From Callorhinchus milii (lineage: Eukaryota), in the NCBI RefSeq assembly GCF_018977255.1, contig NW_024704743.1, positions 96,226,001 to 96,290,000 of the forward strand: a stretch of DNA of 64,000 nucleotides. Direction: 5' to 3'. A program made the position numbers and the translations under genes. Positions 37,468 to 51,803 of this stretch are shown here, piece after piece. The notes below the pieces were generated by a model. That model did no database searches and was not told the DNA's origin. It saw nothing but the letters and a program-made list of their open reading frames with translations. Each line of letters starts with the position of its first letter. The stretch's first letter is position 1.

Positions 37468-37910
37468 TCAGCCTGGCTCAGTTGGTAGCACTCTCACCTC
37501 TGAGTCTGAATGTTATGGGTTCAAGCCCCATGTCTGGACTTTGAACTCACATAATCTGGGTTGACACTTCAGTGGGGATACGCTGGGGATACGTTGTATT
37601 TGTGGAGGTGTCATCCTTTGGATGAGGCATTAAACCAAGGTTGATTTCCTCTTCAGCTGGATGTTTTAAAGATCCTATCGCACTCTTCAGAAAAGAGAAG
37701 GCAGTTTCTTCTAGTGTTCTGGTCAACAATCCCCCAAATAAAACTGATCATTCACTCCATGTTTGTGGAACAATGTCATGTGCAAATTGGCTGCTGTAGT
37801 TTGTCTACGAAATACACAGTCACTCCACTTTCCATTATCTCCTGTAAAGCTCTATGAGACATTTCAGTGACATAAAGGTGCTATATTAAATTCAGGATTA
37901 TTATTTTATT
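37468..37910 (+). mobile_element. Deu-domain SINE (family B), full length
   Basis: tcagcctggctcagttggtagcactc...gggttcaagccc...ggatgaggcattaaacc...aaagatcctatcgcac...tail ggattattatt. Confidence 0.85.
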
Positions 37911-37954
37911 ATGGGGATATTGAAGTAAATATATTTTAATTTTGTTTGTTCTTT

Positions 37955-38384
37955 TAATTCAAGATCCTCATCCTCACCTACAAGGCCATTCACGGCCTTG
38001 CACCCTCCTACTTCTCTGACCTACTTACCTGCCCTTACCCTCCGTTCCTCTGGCTCCGGTCTGCTCCACATCCTCCGCCCTAATCGCCCTACCATCAGTG
38101 GCCGGGCTTTCAGCCTCTCAGCCCCTAGGCTCTGGAACTTCATCCCCCAGTGCCTTCGCCTTGCTTCCTCCCTTTCCTCCTTCAAGGCTGGTCTCAAGAC
38201 CTTTCTCTTCAGCTGTGCCTTCAGCTCTTCTCTCGACTTTCTACCCCCTCCTCGCTCCCTCCCTTCCGTCCCCTCACCCTGATCATTTCCCCCCTGCTCG
38301 GGTGCAAATCGTTGACTATCCAGCATATTAGGTCGTCCTCCCAATGTGAAACTGCTATACAAATGTAATTTGTTGTTGTTGTTG
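37955..38384 (+). mobile_element. L2 3' end, same subfamily as 14768-17100
   Basis: FKILILTYKAIHGLAPSY...GRAFSLSAPRLWN...FKAGLKTFLF, then the 3' UTR and (gtt)n. Confidence 0.92.
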
Positions 38385-40204
38385 AGCAAATGGGCTGCTC
38401 CTTGGCCATTACCAAAGGTAGCTGCCTGCTAGGAGATTTCAGAGCCGACCTAGGCGTGACTCCCCTCCACAAGGAGATGCTGGAGCCTCCACACAATGTG
38501 GGTTAGATCAGGATCAAGTGAAGTAGGACAAAATAATGCCTAACCCTGCTCCATGGGTGTAAGTATCAAGGCACTAACGCTCAGTGCTAGTTTGTCTTCA
38601 CCAAAGGGAATCCCTGAATATTGCTTGAATGAACACGTTTATTAGCTGAAGAAAATCTGAATTGGTAGCATCTGGTGTTGCCTTAGAATGGGCCTGTACT
38701 TTCCTGACAACGTGATTGTTATTGAGTCAGTATAATACGAGTTGGATCTGAGTTCTTGCATGTCAGCTTAAGGTAATGGGGTTTCCTGAAAGAGCTGCAC
38801 TTCACCTCCCGACATGTTTGAGGGTCATGTTTACTCTGCTATTTCCCGATGAGCGCATTTTCAACTCCATAGAGGACAAAAGCTATTGCTGTTCTTAGAT
38901 AAGACGAGTAAATCAATCAAGGATAATCATCATGAAACACAGCACAGAGGTGCACCAATGTAGCATGACTTTGTGCTTTATTAGCTGGATGTGGGTTCTT
39001 AGGGGAGCTGTCCTCTGCCATGTTCTGTGGGTAACAGAAGCACAAAACCTGTTGGCTCAAAAAGAAACCACTTTCTTCTCCCTCAGTGCTATCGCCTTGT
39101 TCTGCTTAATCTCTAAATCTCTTCTTGGCTTGGCCTCCAAGACATTGCGAATTAGAAAAAAGAAAACAGTTTTTAAATTAAATGAGCATTTGCTGTCCCC
39201 AGCGACACGGGGTTGAGGAAAGCTTTTTTAAATATAAAATGCCCCAGCTTTTCAGGATTAGTAAAGATTTCCTCCTTCTGTCCCAGTTCCCCCCTACCCC
39301 TCCCTCACCCACCTATTGTTATCATTCTTTCAGAGATTAAAGTCTTTCCATATGCTGACAACCCTGCTCAGTTTAAAATCACAGTGTTTCTCAACATCAC
39401 ACAAGCTCAGAAAAACAATGGCTTAAACCTTGCCTTTGATCACTAGCCCATCCCCAGTTCTTGAAGGATTGACCCAGTGCAGTACAGCTGGAGTTCTTGA
39501 CACCACATCAACTTTCTTCAACAGCGAGACTTTTTGACAAACTACTCTCCAAATGTTTGAAAACACTGCTGTTAGTTACTTTTTAAAGCACTTGGGCTGT
39601 TTTCTAATGAGGCTTGAGAGAGCAATTTAGATTCTATAGGGAATCTACTTACTTTATGTTTAACCATCTGAGTGGAAAATCAGTTCGGTGGCTCACAGTC
39701 ACCTGTGCTATTGGCCTGCTTGGCGTTCCTGTGGAGACTGGCACTGGGATTAGTCTGCATGGCTTAACAAGATGCTGTCAAGGCTCACAGCACGCAGCTT
39801 TAGGCCTGTTAGGCCCCTTTATCCTGAACATTTGGAATGTCTACCTCACCAAATCTGTCCTTATTTTCTGCTCCGTTTGATTGACACTGATAAATATTTA
39901 AAGACACAGCAAACAAAAGAATTCAGTGTTGGAGTTATACAGGTCTTGGTTGATACATCCCATGGGACACAAAGTGGATCAAAGAACATCAAATGATTTG
40001 GGTGTGAAATCGGAATTAAATGACAAAAAACAAAATTGCAGTGAAGATATCACAAGAAAATGTTCTTGTAGCAGCAAAGTTTGATATCTACTTCCCCTCC
40101 CCCTGCCTTTCCCTCCCGTTCCTGTAATTTGAGATTTGTGATGAGGAGAATCACCAAAGCAATACAGGATTGAACAATGAGCACCAGCTCAGACACGATG
40201 TGTG

Positions 40205-40440
40205 GGATGGGATTAGATATCTCCAGTGAGGGAGCGAGCACCAGCACAGACACCACAGGCCTGATGGGAATAGATTAGATAACTCGAGTGAGGGAGTGAG
40301 TACAGCACAGACACTATGGTTTGTGAATTAGATTAGAGGGGGTTTATTATGGGGGTGGGGATTAGACATCTCCAGTGAGGGAGCAAGCACTAGCACCATG
40401 GTCTCCTTCCGTGCTGTAAACTTTCCGTGATTCTAGGATT
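40205..40440 (+). repeat. Three imperfect copies of a 50-60 bp unit within a CR1-type 3' UTR
   Basis: gattagatatctccagtgagggagcgagcaccagcac repeated, ending in ggtctccttccgtgctgtaaa. Confidence 0.65.
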
Positions 40441-41519
40441 TCGTCAGGAATTTAAAATAAACTTATTTTTAATCGGTGCAGGTTTAATCTTACAGGATGG
40501 TATTATCTGTTGCACAAAGCTGACTGGCTATTTGTGGAGTTGTTATAGATACAACTGTGCATTTGCTGTTGCTGAGCCTGGATGCACAGCTGTTGAATCA
40601 TTCCTGACATTTGCTCTTGGTAATGTCCTCTCACATCCGTGAAGTAAATGCTTGTATGTGAGGTGACAAGCACGTGGTGTTATTGGCCATGTGTGTTATA
40701 CAAACTCACTTTGTGCAAATTAATAATAAACCTGGCCTTTGATCCTTTGATATAGTGGTGGTAACCTTGTACCATCTCAAAGTGTGACACAGAGTTTTAC
40801 TGTAAAGTGTTGTGACTGTGGACTTGGAGGCGAAAGCAACAGCCAATTTGCGCACAGCAATGTTTCACAAACAGCTATGATGTGAGTGACAAATTTTAGC
40901 TGGTAGATTGTTGGTCAGGACACCTTTCTATTTATTGTTAAATCATTAAAAGAACAGATTTCAATGTTTCGGGTCTCTGCTCCTGCAACATAAAACTGCC
41001 ATGGTGGAAAGTTTCAAGCTCAACCCCAACTAGGTGGGCTTTCCTGTGCAGATGTTTTGTTGCATTTGAAAGCTTTAGATGAACTTGGTGGTGGTTGTGT
41101 TTAACATGTGATCAGAGGAAGGTCATTGATGTCGCAAATAACAAATCCTGCAAGACCCATAGAACTCCGCTCGGATGCTAATCTTTGCTGACCTCCTGCT
41201 AGCTATAGTTTCCTTCTGCTGCAAATCAGAAGTGAGATCAGTGTTTCAGTGAAATTCTAGGGTTCACGTTAACGCTGTAGGAAGTTAAATGACATGACAG
41301 AACACAAGATGACTGTTCGTTTCTCATGAAGTATATGTGTGTGTGTTGGTGGGAGGGAGCATGTTTGTGTATGCGCTGCTATGTTTGCTGTGAGTGTAAT
41401 AATAATCCTATAATAATTCTTACGTTTGATAAAGTGGCTTTCACAACGGACCGTCGTCTTAAAGTGCTTCACAGGATTGATTGTAAAGCGGTGTGACTAT
41501 GTATTTATAGATGAATGCC

Positions 41520-41690
41520 ATGTATCTAAAAGTGTGTTTGTATGTATACCTCAGTGTTGGTGTATATCTATCTGTGGGTGTATGTGTGAGTCTGTGAGTG
41601 TATGTACAAGTCTGTATGTGTGGATCTGCATTTATGTGTGTGTATGTGCTTGTGCGAGTGTGTATATGTGGGTGTCTGTATGTTTCAGGG
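41520..41690. repeat. Degenerate (TG)n low-complexity tract
   Basis: gtgtgtttgtatgtat...gtgtgtatatgtgggtgtctgtatg. Confidence 0.8.
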
Positions 41691-42520
41691 TGGGGGGTGT
41701 TGTAGAAACCGTTATTAGGGGCTGTCATTTATCAAAGTTGTCATCACATTGTCTGGCCAGGGAGGAAATGAAGATGAAGGGGAGGCTGGATCCTGGAGGA
41801 GAGGTCAGCCTTCTCCCAGAGACAGATATTTTGTGCAATATGGGACAGGAAGCCAGTAACAAGGCAAAAAGCTCATCACTTATGGATAATTAAAAGCATA
41901 ACACTGGGAGCAGGTGCCTGTCGCTGTAAGGGTTGGTGTAGGAACCTATTATAACAGCCTTTAAATTTGGGAATAGTTCCAGACCCATTCTGCTCTGCAA
42001 AGGGAAATTACCTGATATTTGAAGGCTACTCTGAAACTCTGTCTGTCCATCCAGCACCTTGGGACATCCTCCTGACGTGAAAGGCACTACACAAATGTAA
42101 TTTTGTTGTTGTTGTTGTTGTACACAGTTTCACATTGTCACTGGATGATTTTATCTCCAATCTTGGGATCTGTGAGATTGATTTAAGAAACACTCAATGC
42201 TGTGAGTGGAATCATAGTAGGGTTTGGATTCTGAAAGGATGAGATCAAATGAAGAATGTTCTTCATCCAAACCAAGCTTTCGATCTGTAAATCAATCGGA
42301 TATTAGGTTAAAAGAGTGCTCATAGGAACGCAACAATGTAAATGGTGCTTTGTGCTTGAAATTGTGACTTAGGATGTGATATATTCATGTAAGGAATTTC
42401 ACATGTCATGCTGATCCACGAGATTCTGAGATTCCTGAACGGGGGCAGTGTGTTTACCTGAGACTGCCTGCAAGAGACACACTACATTCAAAGGTGGTAT
42501 TTACCCTGTTGTTTTCCCAA

Positions 42521-42876
42521 CAGCCAGCTCAGTTGGTAGCGCCCTCACCACTGAGTCAGTAGGTTGTGGATTCAAGCCCCACGTTGGGATTTGGACTCAC
42601 ATCGTCTTAGATGACACTCCAATGCAGTTTTGCATTGTCGGAGGTGCCGTCCTTCAGATGAAACGTTAAAACTGAGGTCCTGGCTGCCTGTTCAGGTGAA
42701 TGTTAAGGATCCCATGGCACTGTTTGAAAAGGGAAGGGAGCTTCTCCCAGTGTCCTGGCCAACAATCCCTCAAATAAAAAAATTGGTCCTTTTCTTCATG
42801 GCTGTTTGGGGGAGATTGCTATGCGCACATTGACTGTCGCATTTGCCCACAAACGCACAAGATTATTATTATTATT
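42521..42876 (+). mobile_element. Deu-domain SINE (family B)
   Basis: ggaggtgccgtccttcagatgaaacgttaaaactgaggtcc...ggatcccatggcac...cagtgtcctggccaac. Confidence 0.88.
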
Positions 42877-45112
42877 AACAAGCATTTTTCCAACCCTAGT
42901 AATTCTGAAAATATGAAATAAACGAGAAATTAATAAGTAAAATGAATTCTGCAGCATTTGTCTTTTTAGCTTAGAAATGTCTTTGTACAGTCAAAAACTC
43001 AATTTTCTCGACAGTTTGCTTTCCATTTCAACTGATTGGGACTTAATTTTGTTTCCATGATGAGAATTTCATCAGGAGAGCTGGCTTGAAAGGGTTATCG
43101 AGCCTGACAGTGCATCGTTCAGTTTGTATTGCAGACTATTGAGGAACTGGGTAGTAGCAGAGACTCTGCAGTGCTTTTGAGGCTGCTACTGGTGTGATTT
43201 TTCCTGCTTGCATTCCGGGGTGGAATTCACAGCACTGGTGGTAACACAGTAACAAAGTACCCGAACACATGGATGCACAATTTTCTCCAAATTGCCGACT
43301 TTATTATCTGTGTGGTAAGCAGTACACCAGGCAGTGATGTAGGTTTGTAGAGTGGTTTCCATAAGACTGGTGGAGACATGGACATCTGCTGTTGTTTCCA
43401 AGTTGTGAATTGCCCACTGACTTTCTGCGCTGTTGGAAGCTTTACAATGGTCAGCTACGTTCTGGAACACCATAGACAGGGGGAGGTTTCATTACCTGCT
43501 GCCTCCAGCACAGCTACCTCCAGAGGAGAAAGTCAACACCTCCCAACACTGCAACTATTCAGCTCTTCTGAGTTGTGCAACAATGCTGCAGCATGAGTGG
43601 AATGAGCATCCTCTTGTTCCTTCTTTGAGGCTTTGTTTTAAAAGAAAGTATTTTTGTGGAGCATAAAATTAATTATGGAGTCGGGAGGGGAATTTGGGAT
43701 TTACTTTCTCACCCCATGTGCACTGATGCTCACTCTACCTCACGAATCTCGGTGCGGAAACTTGGTGTCTTGGTTGATTTCCAATTAACCTTCCATGCTC
43801 TCACTGGGTCTGCTTTCCTTCACTTATGCAACATACCTGCCCCCATCACTACCTCTGTCCCCAGCCTTCATCACCTCCCGACTATTTAAAAAGGTTTCAT
43901 CCTGTATGGATACAAAATTCACAAAAAGTTTCAAAAACACTCAGTCCTTTTGGATTCAGAAAGCCTCCAGCAAACAAGGAAAGCTGAGTATATTGCATTA
44001 TTAAGGAGCAGCTTGATGCTGTAATGGGAGGGTGGTAGGGTGGGTTGTTCTGGAAAAATTAGATCAAATGGGCCGAATGGCCTTTTTCATCCAACATCTC
44101 TTGTGATCTTGTGATATAGCAGTTCTGGGGCTCTCTGAGGCTAGGAAGGTTTAGCACCTTCTGATCACACAGTTTGTCATAACAGCAGGCTCTACCACAC
44201 CAAACATATTAGTGAGGGAAGTTGTGTCTCTTAGACATAATACTTGGCTTCTTGTGATCTCTCTCTCTTTCTCCACAGATCATATTGATTGGAGATGAGA
44301 ATTAGAATCCTCAGTAGGGAGCTTGACTGAGTGGATTTCTGAATATGAGAAAGAGGCAAACTCTGGCAAGCTTTCTGCCGCTTGTCCAGCTAAGATCACC
44401 CTCCCATTAGGGTTTATCATGCAGGGGTAGTCACAGCCAAGTGGGAAGAATTCCAGTGTCTTTCCCTTGTGATGGGGCTGCCCTCAAACTCCACTGACGT
44501 GTCATCAGCAGTGACCTGGTTACTAAGGATTTGTGTAGCTCAGAAGCCAGACTACTGAGACCACCAGAGTGGATTGTCTCAATTCTGATATTCTAAGCAC
44601 ATTACTTGAAGCCCCATCAAGACCTCATCAACCCCTCTCCTCCCAATCACATACACACACATACTCCCAAAAGGAGGAGAGAAGAGGCAAACCTGAGTCT
44701 CGTGATGTGAGACAGAAAGGTGGAAGGACTGCACTCTTGCATTGTACTGTCGTATCATACCACTCACACTGACCACATAGAAGGTATTTGCTCAGCTGGT
44801 GAGCTTGAGCTATTTAGATTATTAGTTCGCACTGCTTGTTTATATAACTTAGCTAGTTTGGCTAGTTACCTAACTTAGATAGCCTCATGGAATAAATTGT
44901 TTAATTACTATTGATTGTTGGTTCTGGCTCCATCTGTCTCACAGATGAAGGATTTGAACCATCCTGTGCTGCTGAAATGGCAGGATCTGTAGTGTCTTCA
45001 GGGCTATGGACTGTCCTTGCTCATATCAATTCACCTCCTGCTCCACCCTTCAGTACCTCCGTTCACTTTATACCCAGAGTTGTCACATAATTCACCCAGT
45101 CACCTATAAAAC

Positions 45113-45170
45113 TCTGAGACGCCGTCCGGCGTGGAGGGCGCTATAAAAATCCAAGTTGTTGTTGTTGTTG
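45113..45170 (+). mobile_element. Short L2 3'-tail insertion
   Basis: tctgagacgccgtccggcgtggagggcgctat...(gtt)n, flanked by taaaac on both sides. Confidence 0.75.
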
Positions 45171-48100
45171 TAAAACAAACCCCCTGATTTTTCTCATCTT
45201 GTTTCTTTCATAAACATAATCCTTTTGTTCAATATGACTATATTAATAAATACCATCATTGTAGGAAGGTTTTACCTTTGGATTGATTGCCCACCCGTTA
45301 CATGTGTTCTCACAGCTCGAGCTCCTATTGAAATCCACACAGAACACCAGAACGCACCTTTTCGTTAGATAAAACTGCCTCAAATGCAGGATTAAAATGA
45401 ACAGAGGATTAAGGATTTATCTATTAATGGCTTAATAGCACAAAGCACTGTAGGAAGACAGAATCAAAGTGCGATTTATGTACATTATTGTATATGATGG
45501 AATGTCATAATTTTTACCATATCTTTAGGGATTGGGAATAAGCGGAGCAATACTTTTGAAAAAATGACAATTACGGATGGCCCTAAGTGTTTCATTGTTT
45601 CAATGTTTTGCACTGTGTTTAGCACAACTATTGCATGGATGTATTAAACTATATACAACAATAAGAATTATTTTCTTATGGAGGGCCTGTGATGTACAAA
45701 GAAGTTTCAAAGAACATTATATTTAATTGTATGGTCTATATATTTGGATAACAGTGTCCAATCTTGGCAAACACTAATAGAGCAGCTCTGTATTTAAGAC
45801 AGGAAAAGCACAACTCATATCCTAGAGGAACAAGCAACTATAAAGATTTTTAAGGAGGAATTGGACAAGTTCACAGAAATTATAAAGATTCAGAGGTATG
45901 AGGTGATTAGCTGGATAGGTTGAAGGAATATACTGGGAAGTTGGATTGGTAAGCGGGATGGATCAAATGGCCTATTTCTCTCAAATTATCATGTAGTCAT
46001 AAAATTACAAGATTACAAGAAATAATAATAAAAATGGCATTTGATATCGCACCTTATTCACATCCTGTAGATGTCTCAAAGCGCTTCACAGGATATATAC
46101 TGTAAAATACGTGACTGTGCACTTATAGGGGAATGGGTTTATATGAAGAAGTCCTATCAGCTCATTTGAACTTATCCCTGCAAAATACCTTGTCCTTGAC
46201 ATCAAGCTGTTTCTAATTAGTTCTTTGTCCTGGCCTCAGCAACCTTTCTGATAACCCATTCCAACTATTGACTACCCTCCGTGTAAAGAAATACATCCGA
46301 GTGTTTCTTGCTCCAAAATTACCGCTCATGACGCTAGATCTTGCTTGGATTCTAACTGGATGGTGTAATTGGTCAGAACACTCCAGTCGCTTCTGGGATC
46401 TGATTTTAAGAAAGATTTTTCTTTAAAAGAAATCATGTATGTTATAAAACAAAAAGAGCATTGCTCAAACATTGCTCAAAATTGCTGACTTCTTCCTCAC
46501 TGTATACAGCCGTCAGACCTAGATGCACAGTCAGATATAGTAATATATCCAGAACGTAGTGTAAATAACAACACGTAGGAGGACATCAGTTCAAGGTTAA
46601 TGTCTAATCTCACAGTTAAAGTAATGTTAATAGGATGATGTCACCTGAACACTCAATTAGGTTCCATCTTTGCAATCCCGCTCTGCTATCCATTACACAA
46701 TATATCATATAATTGGTCAAATAATTGCTTACAGAATAAAACGTGATTGATGAATTGCTCAAGGGTGCTTAGACCAGATCAAGAAACTTTAATTTACATG
46801 GTTCATTAAGCAATGAATGGAGAAAAATCATTGCGGAATGTGACTACAATTACAAGACTTTCCCTCTGTAGATTCTGAAAAATAATCTATACTTCGCTGT
46901 ACGAATTGAATTAGGCAATAATGAAAGTGAACATGTGAATCTATTTGGATCTATGTCTTGTCACTCATTCAACCCGCAAAAGGCAGAGCCTGCTTCAATG
47001 GTGAAAAGTCACTAAATCTTCCTCCTCCAGGAGGAAGGGTGTACATAAATAAATAAATAGAGTGTAATCTGGGCTGAAAGAAAACACAGACCTTCAACCT
47101 CGTGTCTGTATCTCCAGTGACGCATGGGTTTTCCATTAACAGGTTCCCATTGTCCTTTCTTTCATCTTACTCTTTGGATCAGCTATGTTTTGCCAACCAT
47201 TGTAATTGGTGTGGAAGGTCTGTAAATAGGGTTGCCACCTTCTGCAATGAAAAAGATGTGGGGCGGTGGGGGGAGTGGGGTCTGACGACAAGGAAGCAGG
47301 GCAGATTCATCTTATAGCAACTCCACACTCTCCTTTCCCTTTGACCACTGCTGCACCTCTTTGTCTAGTCATTTTTGTCTTTGTTGCCCCTCCTCTTTCT
47401 TTGGTCTTTCTCTTGGCTCTTCTCCACAGCGTTTGCCAGATTTACTGCTTATCTTTACCTTACTTCACTCCAGTCCACCTCACTGCCCTGTGCCCGTTAT
47501 TTATTGCTCCCAGTCACACACCCCACATCCCGTGAAATTTACAGCACTTCAGAATGAGTTTGATGTGATCACACTGTTGTGAAACATTACAAATTTGTTC
47601 CAATTTGCTGATTATCACCAAACTCAGTAACCCTCCCCACCCCCTCACACACACACAATAGATTACAATCTACAATCATACCCCTTCACCTCACCCAAAG
47701 CCTCGATATGATATCATCCAAGGGTATCCCTGTGCTGAATACTGCCACAATCACCGGGATCATCATTTGAGTACAAATGAAGAAGGTATTCAGCTACTGA
47801 ATGAAGTCAGTAACCTGTGAAAGCAGCATTTAATTACTACCTCAACACTACTATTGAATTGAAGAAGGCCAGACACTCAGCATTTCCAAGGTGGCCCCAC
47901 AATGTTGTAAAAACAGCACCCGATCTCAGCACGAATGCATCAGGGGAATGGTTACTGAGGCCATCACTGAATTGTACAAATTTGTAGCCTTTTGAAAAGT
48001 ATTTGATGGGATATTTATCACTTGGAACACATAATGAAACACTAAAAATCTCACCCCCTCAGTTCCCCTAACCCTAAATCCATTACCTCAGGCCTTTCTA

Positions 48101-48450
48101 TCTTCCATGGACCAATCATTCCTCTCCTGTGCCCCTGCCACTTTCCTTATCCATTACTCACACGTCCTCTTCCCAAGAGGGATTTTTAAGCCAGAAAAAA
48201 AGCAGCTGTTCTGGTTAGAAACCAGTTGGGTGGGAACACTATCTGCAAGTGACACACGCTTAGATAAACTACACTCCTGGGTCTAGATTTCTGTCCCTTC
48301 TTAGACTCTGTGGGCCTTTGTTCTTTATTATTTCAGCAATTTATCTGTCAATGTTAGCCCAACCCTCGAACCCCAGCTGTGGTTAGATATCAGTAAACCT
48401 GAGTGCCTCAGCATTGTTTTTCCCTTTGCTGTCTCTACCTCTGACACTGT

Positions 48451-48826
48451 ATAATATTAATAATTATCCTTCATTTGATATAGCACTGGGAGAACATCTC
48501 AAAGCGCTTCACATGATATACTGTATAAGTATAGTTGAACACAGTCAATTTGCACAAAGAAATGTGTCACAAATAGCCATGAAGTGAATGACTTATTTTA
48601 TTTTGGGGATTGTTGTCCAGGGCACCATGAGAAACTCCATTTTATTTTCGAATAGTGCCATGGGAGCTTTAACGCCCACCTGAATAGGCTAACGGGACCT
48701 AAGTTTATCGCCTCATCCAAAGGATGGCACTATGAACAGTGCATGGCACTCCCAACACTGCACTGAAGAGTCAGCGTAGGCACTGAATTCAAAGTCCCAG
48801 CATGGGGCTTGAACCCACAACCTGAG
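48451..48826 (-). mobile_element. Deu-domain SINE (family B)
   Basis: gtgccatgggagctttaacg...cctcatccaaaggatggcac...ggggcttgaacccacaacc. Confidence 0.8.
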
Positions 48827-48944
48827 GACATAAAGGATCCCTTTGGCAGTACTTTTGGTTGAAGGTGGAGTTTAAAGATCCTGTGACACTGCTTCAAAAG
48901 ATGCCAAGTATTGGTCAAACATCCCCCAGATTATTTGTTCGGTC

Positions 48945-49190
48945 ACCTCAAGACTGCTCACAGCCAACCCCAATACTCTCTTCACCCATTGTCCACACAA
49001 AGGCAGTGTCCAAAAAGGATTACTGAATAGTAACCTAGAGTGGGAATCCTGTCTGATGTCTCCCCTGCCTACTGGTCCTTTCACCAATCTTAGCACCACC
49101 ATCACGACAAGAGCTGAGATCACCAATTTCAGCATGGACCAGGGACGGAGTCAGGGTTTAAAGTCTCAGGTATTTAGCACTGAACCACAT
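48945..49190 (-). mobile_element. AmnSINE2-like SINE fragment
   Basis: cacagccaaccc...gtccacac...gctgagatcacc...cagcatggaccaggga...actgaaccac. Confidence 0.55.
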
Positions 49191-51361
49191 CTTAGTGACA
49201 TTTTTTACCTATCCTGCATATCATATTAAACTTACAATTGCAAAGAACAGATCAGCTGTGGAGGTTCCCTATGGAGTGTAGATGATGATATGCAGCTTTA
49301 TTGAATTCAGCTTTACACCAGAACCCAACATACATAAAATGTTATAGAATTCATATCCTGTACAAGTTGCGTTGTACAGAATATGCGCATTGTCCCTCAT
49401 ACTGCACCAGTTTATGAATGGTAACCACTATTAATCCAAAGTGCTAGAGTTGTTCCCTGGCATGAAAGCACGCACTGGTGTGAGAGAGGGGCAGCAGTCA
49501 GGATCTGGTCAGTACATGACATGTACACTTCAGCACATGATTATTTTTACAGGAGCCTCAGTATATCTGAGAGGCAGAAAGACAACAGAACGTTAATTGG
49601 ATAGCTAGTTGCAAGTTTTGGTGGTACCATGTCAGTAATATGTAAGAGCTCAGGCCTGTTGTTTGTTTAGCTGTGTAAAGCTCAATGCTTTGCTGCCTTA
49701 ACCTGACAGTGTTGGTTACCTAGCTGGACTCCACATTACTGAGACTTTACTGCTGTTTGTTTCACTGCTCCACACAAACAAGTGAAGTCAAACCCTTGTG
49801 TATTTCCACTTAATCACGAGGCTGCAGTCACTCCTTTTCTGCTCGCACACAATCCAGTGCAAGTAACTGCGCTGTCCAAAGAAAGAGACAAGTTTGTTTA
49901 TTCCCATCATTGTATCCCTGGCACACTTCCATTACTTTCATCATTGGGTGATTGATCTGTCCTCAAATAAGAGTAGTGGTGTCGATTAAACAGGAGCACG
50001 CCCACTGGAGAGCTATTCAGCTCAGCAAGTTCAGCACTACATACAAGGACAATAGAGGACAGTGAGCATGTTAATTAGGATGTAGGTTCCAGCAAGCAGA
50101 TGGAGTACCTTGGTTACAGCAGCCGACTAAAAGGCATTTTGTCTCGACAGCCATCACCCACTGAGCGCTTTTCTTTCCTTCAAATTTTACCGCTATCAAG
50201 ACTCTATTGACATGTAAAGCCTGTACTGCTGAAAGGAATGCAGCTCATTCTTTGGGTATATTCATTTATCTAAGCAGACCATAGACCAAAGCATGTTCCC
50301 ATCTCTTAGACATCATTAAATACCAAAGGACTCGACGTCATAGAATTGTTCCCATTTGAAAAAGATTCTTCAGGTGCAGCCAATATATCTACCAGCTGCC
50401 ACTGAACTTGACGACAGAAAAGCTGATGTGGTATTAGGGGTTGTTGACAATGTTTTTATTTATTAAACTGAGCCACAAACTAGTTCCAAATGAGCCCCGA
50501 AGTTTGCAGTTCAAAAGGTCAGAGGGCTTCCATTTGTTACCTCTTCCTCCACTTGAATCCCAGTGGAACCCTAATAACGATAATAATGGCCGAGCCCGCA
50601 CAATATGTGTTGCTAATATTTGTCAAGGATTTGATGTTTCATTGCCTCGTCCCCATAATATCTTTATGGTTATAGCTCTTCACAGCGTGACCACTTGTTC
50701 TAGCAGCTGAGCTTGTAAATTACTTTATTTTTTATGATCTATGCCCAGTCAAAGTTTAGTTTATAACGAATGCCTTCATTTTCCCTGTTATAAAATTGTA
50801 CCCACTGAACACTATGCTTTAACCCTGTACAAACCCAATGAAATACATAGCTCCCTACAAGGCTGTAGATGCCAAATTGATTGGGATGTTTAAAAGGGAA
50901 ACAGATAGATACTTGGGGATTAAGGGTATTAAAGGATACAGAGAAAAGGCAGGGAAATGGTATTAAAAGATCTTCTATAATGTAATAAAATGCTGGAACA
51001 GACTTGACGGACTGAATGGTTTAGTTACTGTTCTATGTTCTTAATGTCACTCAATAACTCATTTGGCAATGGATTTATTTTTAGAAATTTAAATTTAGAA
51101 AGGTCTTACTCTGCCTCTCTGCCCCTTCAGGCTGGTGTGTAAGACCTGTACGTTTCAAGGCTGTGAATTTCTCCAGGGCCACAGTTGACATTGCTTCATG
51201 GTCAGCTGAGAGAAGCACTAGTCTGTGACAATGAGTGACGTTCACCCTTTTTGGCAAGCAATTCCAGCAAGTGACAGCCTGCCCCAAAACAACACCAAGA
51301 AACAACACAAAACAACTGCATATGTGTGATATTATCCACTTGTATAGACTGTTGATATGAA

Positions 51362-51803
51362 GTGTCAGCCTGGCTCAGTTGGTAGCACTCTTGTCTCTGA
51401 GTCAGATGATTGTTTGTTAAAGCCTTACATTGAGACTTTAAATTTTCATAAATGAGCCTGACACAGCAGTGGAATGCTGGGGTTTGCTGCATTGTTGTAG
51501 GCGCCGACTTTCAGATCAGACATTAAACCTAGGACCCATCTGCCTAATTCAGGTGGACGTTAAAAATATCTCATGGCACTATTTGAAAAGAGAAGGGAGT
51601 TTCTCTCAGTGTCCTGACCAACAATTTCCAAGATAAAATTGTTGGTTTCACTTCATGACTGTTTGTGGGACATTGCTGTGTGCAAATTGACATCCGTGTT
51701 TGTCTACAAAACACATGGTTGCTGCACTTTACGGTAAAATCTCGTGATTGTTTTGAGATGTCCTCCCAACATGAAAGGTGGTATATATAAAGATTATTGT
51801 TAT
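51362..51803 (+). mobile_element. Deu-domain SINE (family B), full length
   Basis: gtgtcagcctggctcagttggtagcactc...caggtggacgttaaaa...catggcactatttgaaaagagaagggag...tail. Confidence 0.85.

Noticed and set aside
41426..41893. 155-aa ORF
   Set aside because: Produced by the (TG)n low-complexity tract (C/V-rich translation)
43130..43620. Coding-like unique sequence, possibly an old transposon or exon
   Set aside because: No recognisable protein motif or splice-bounded frame on either strand
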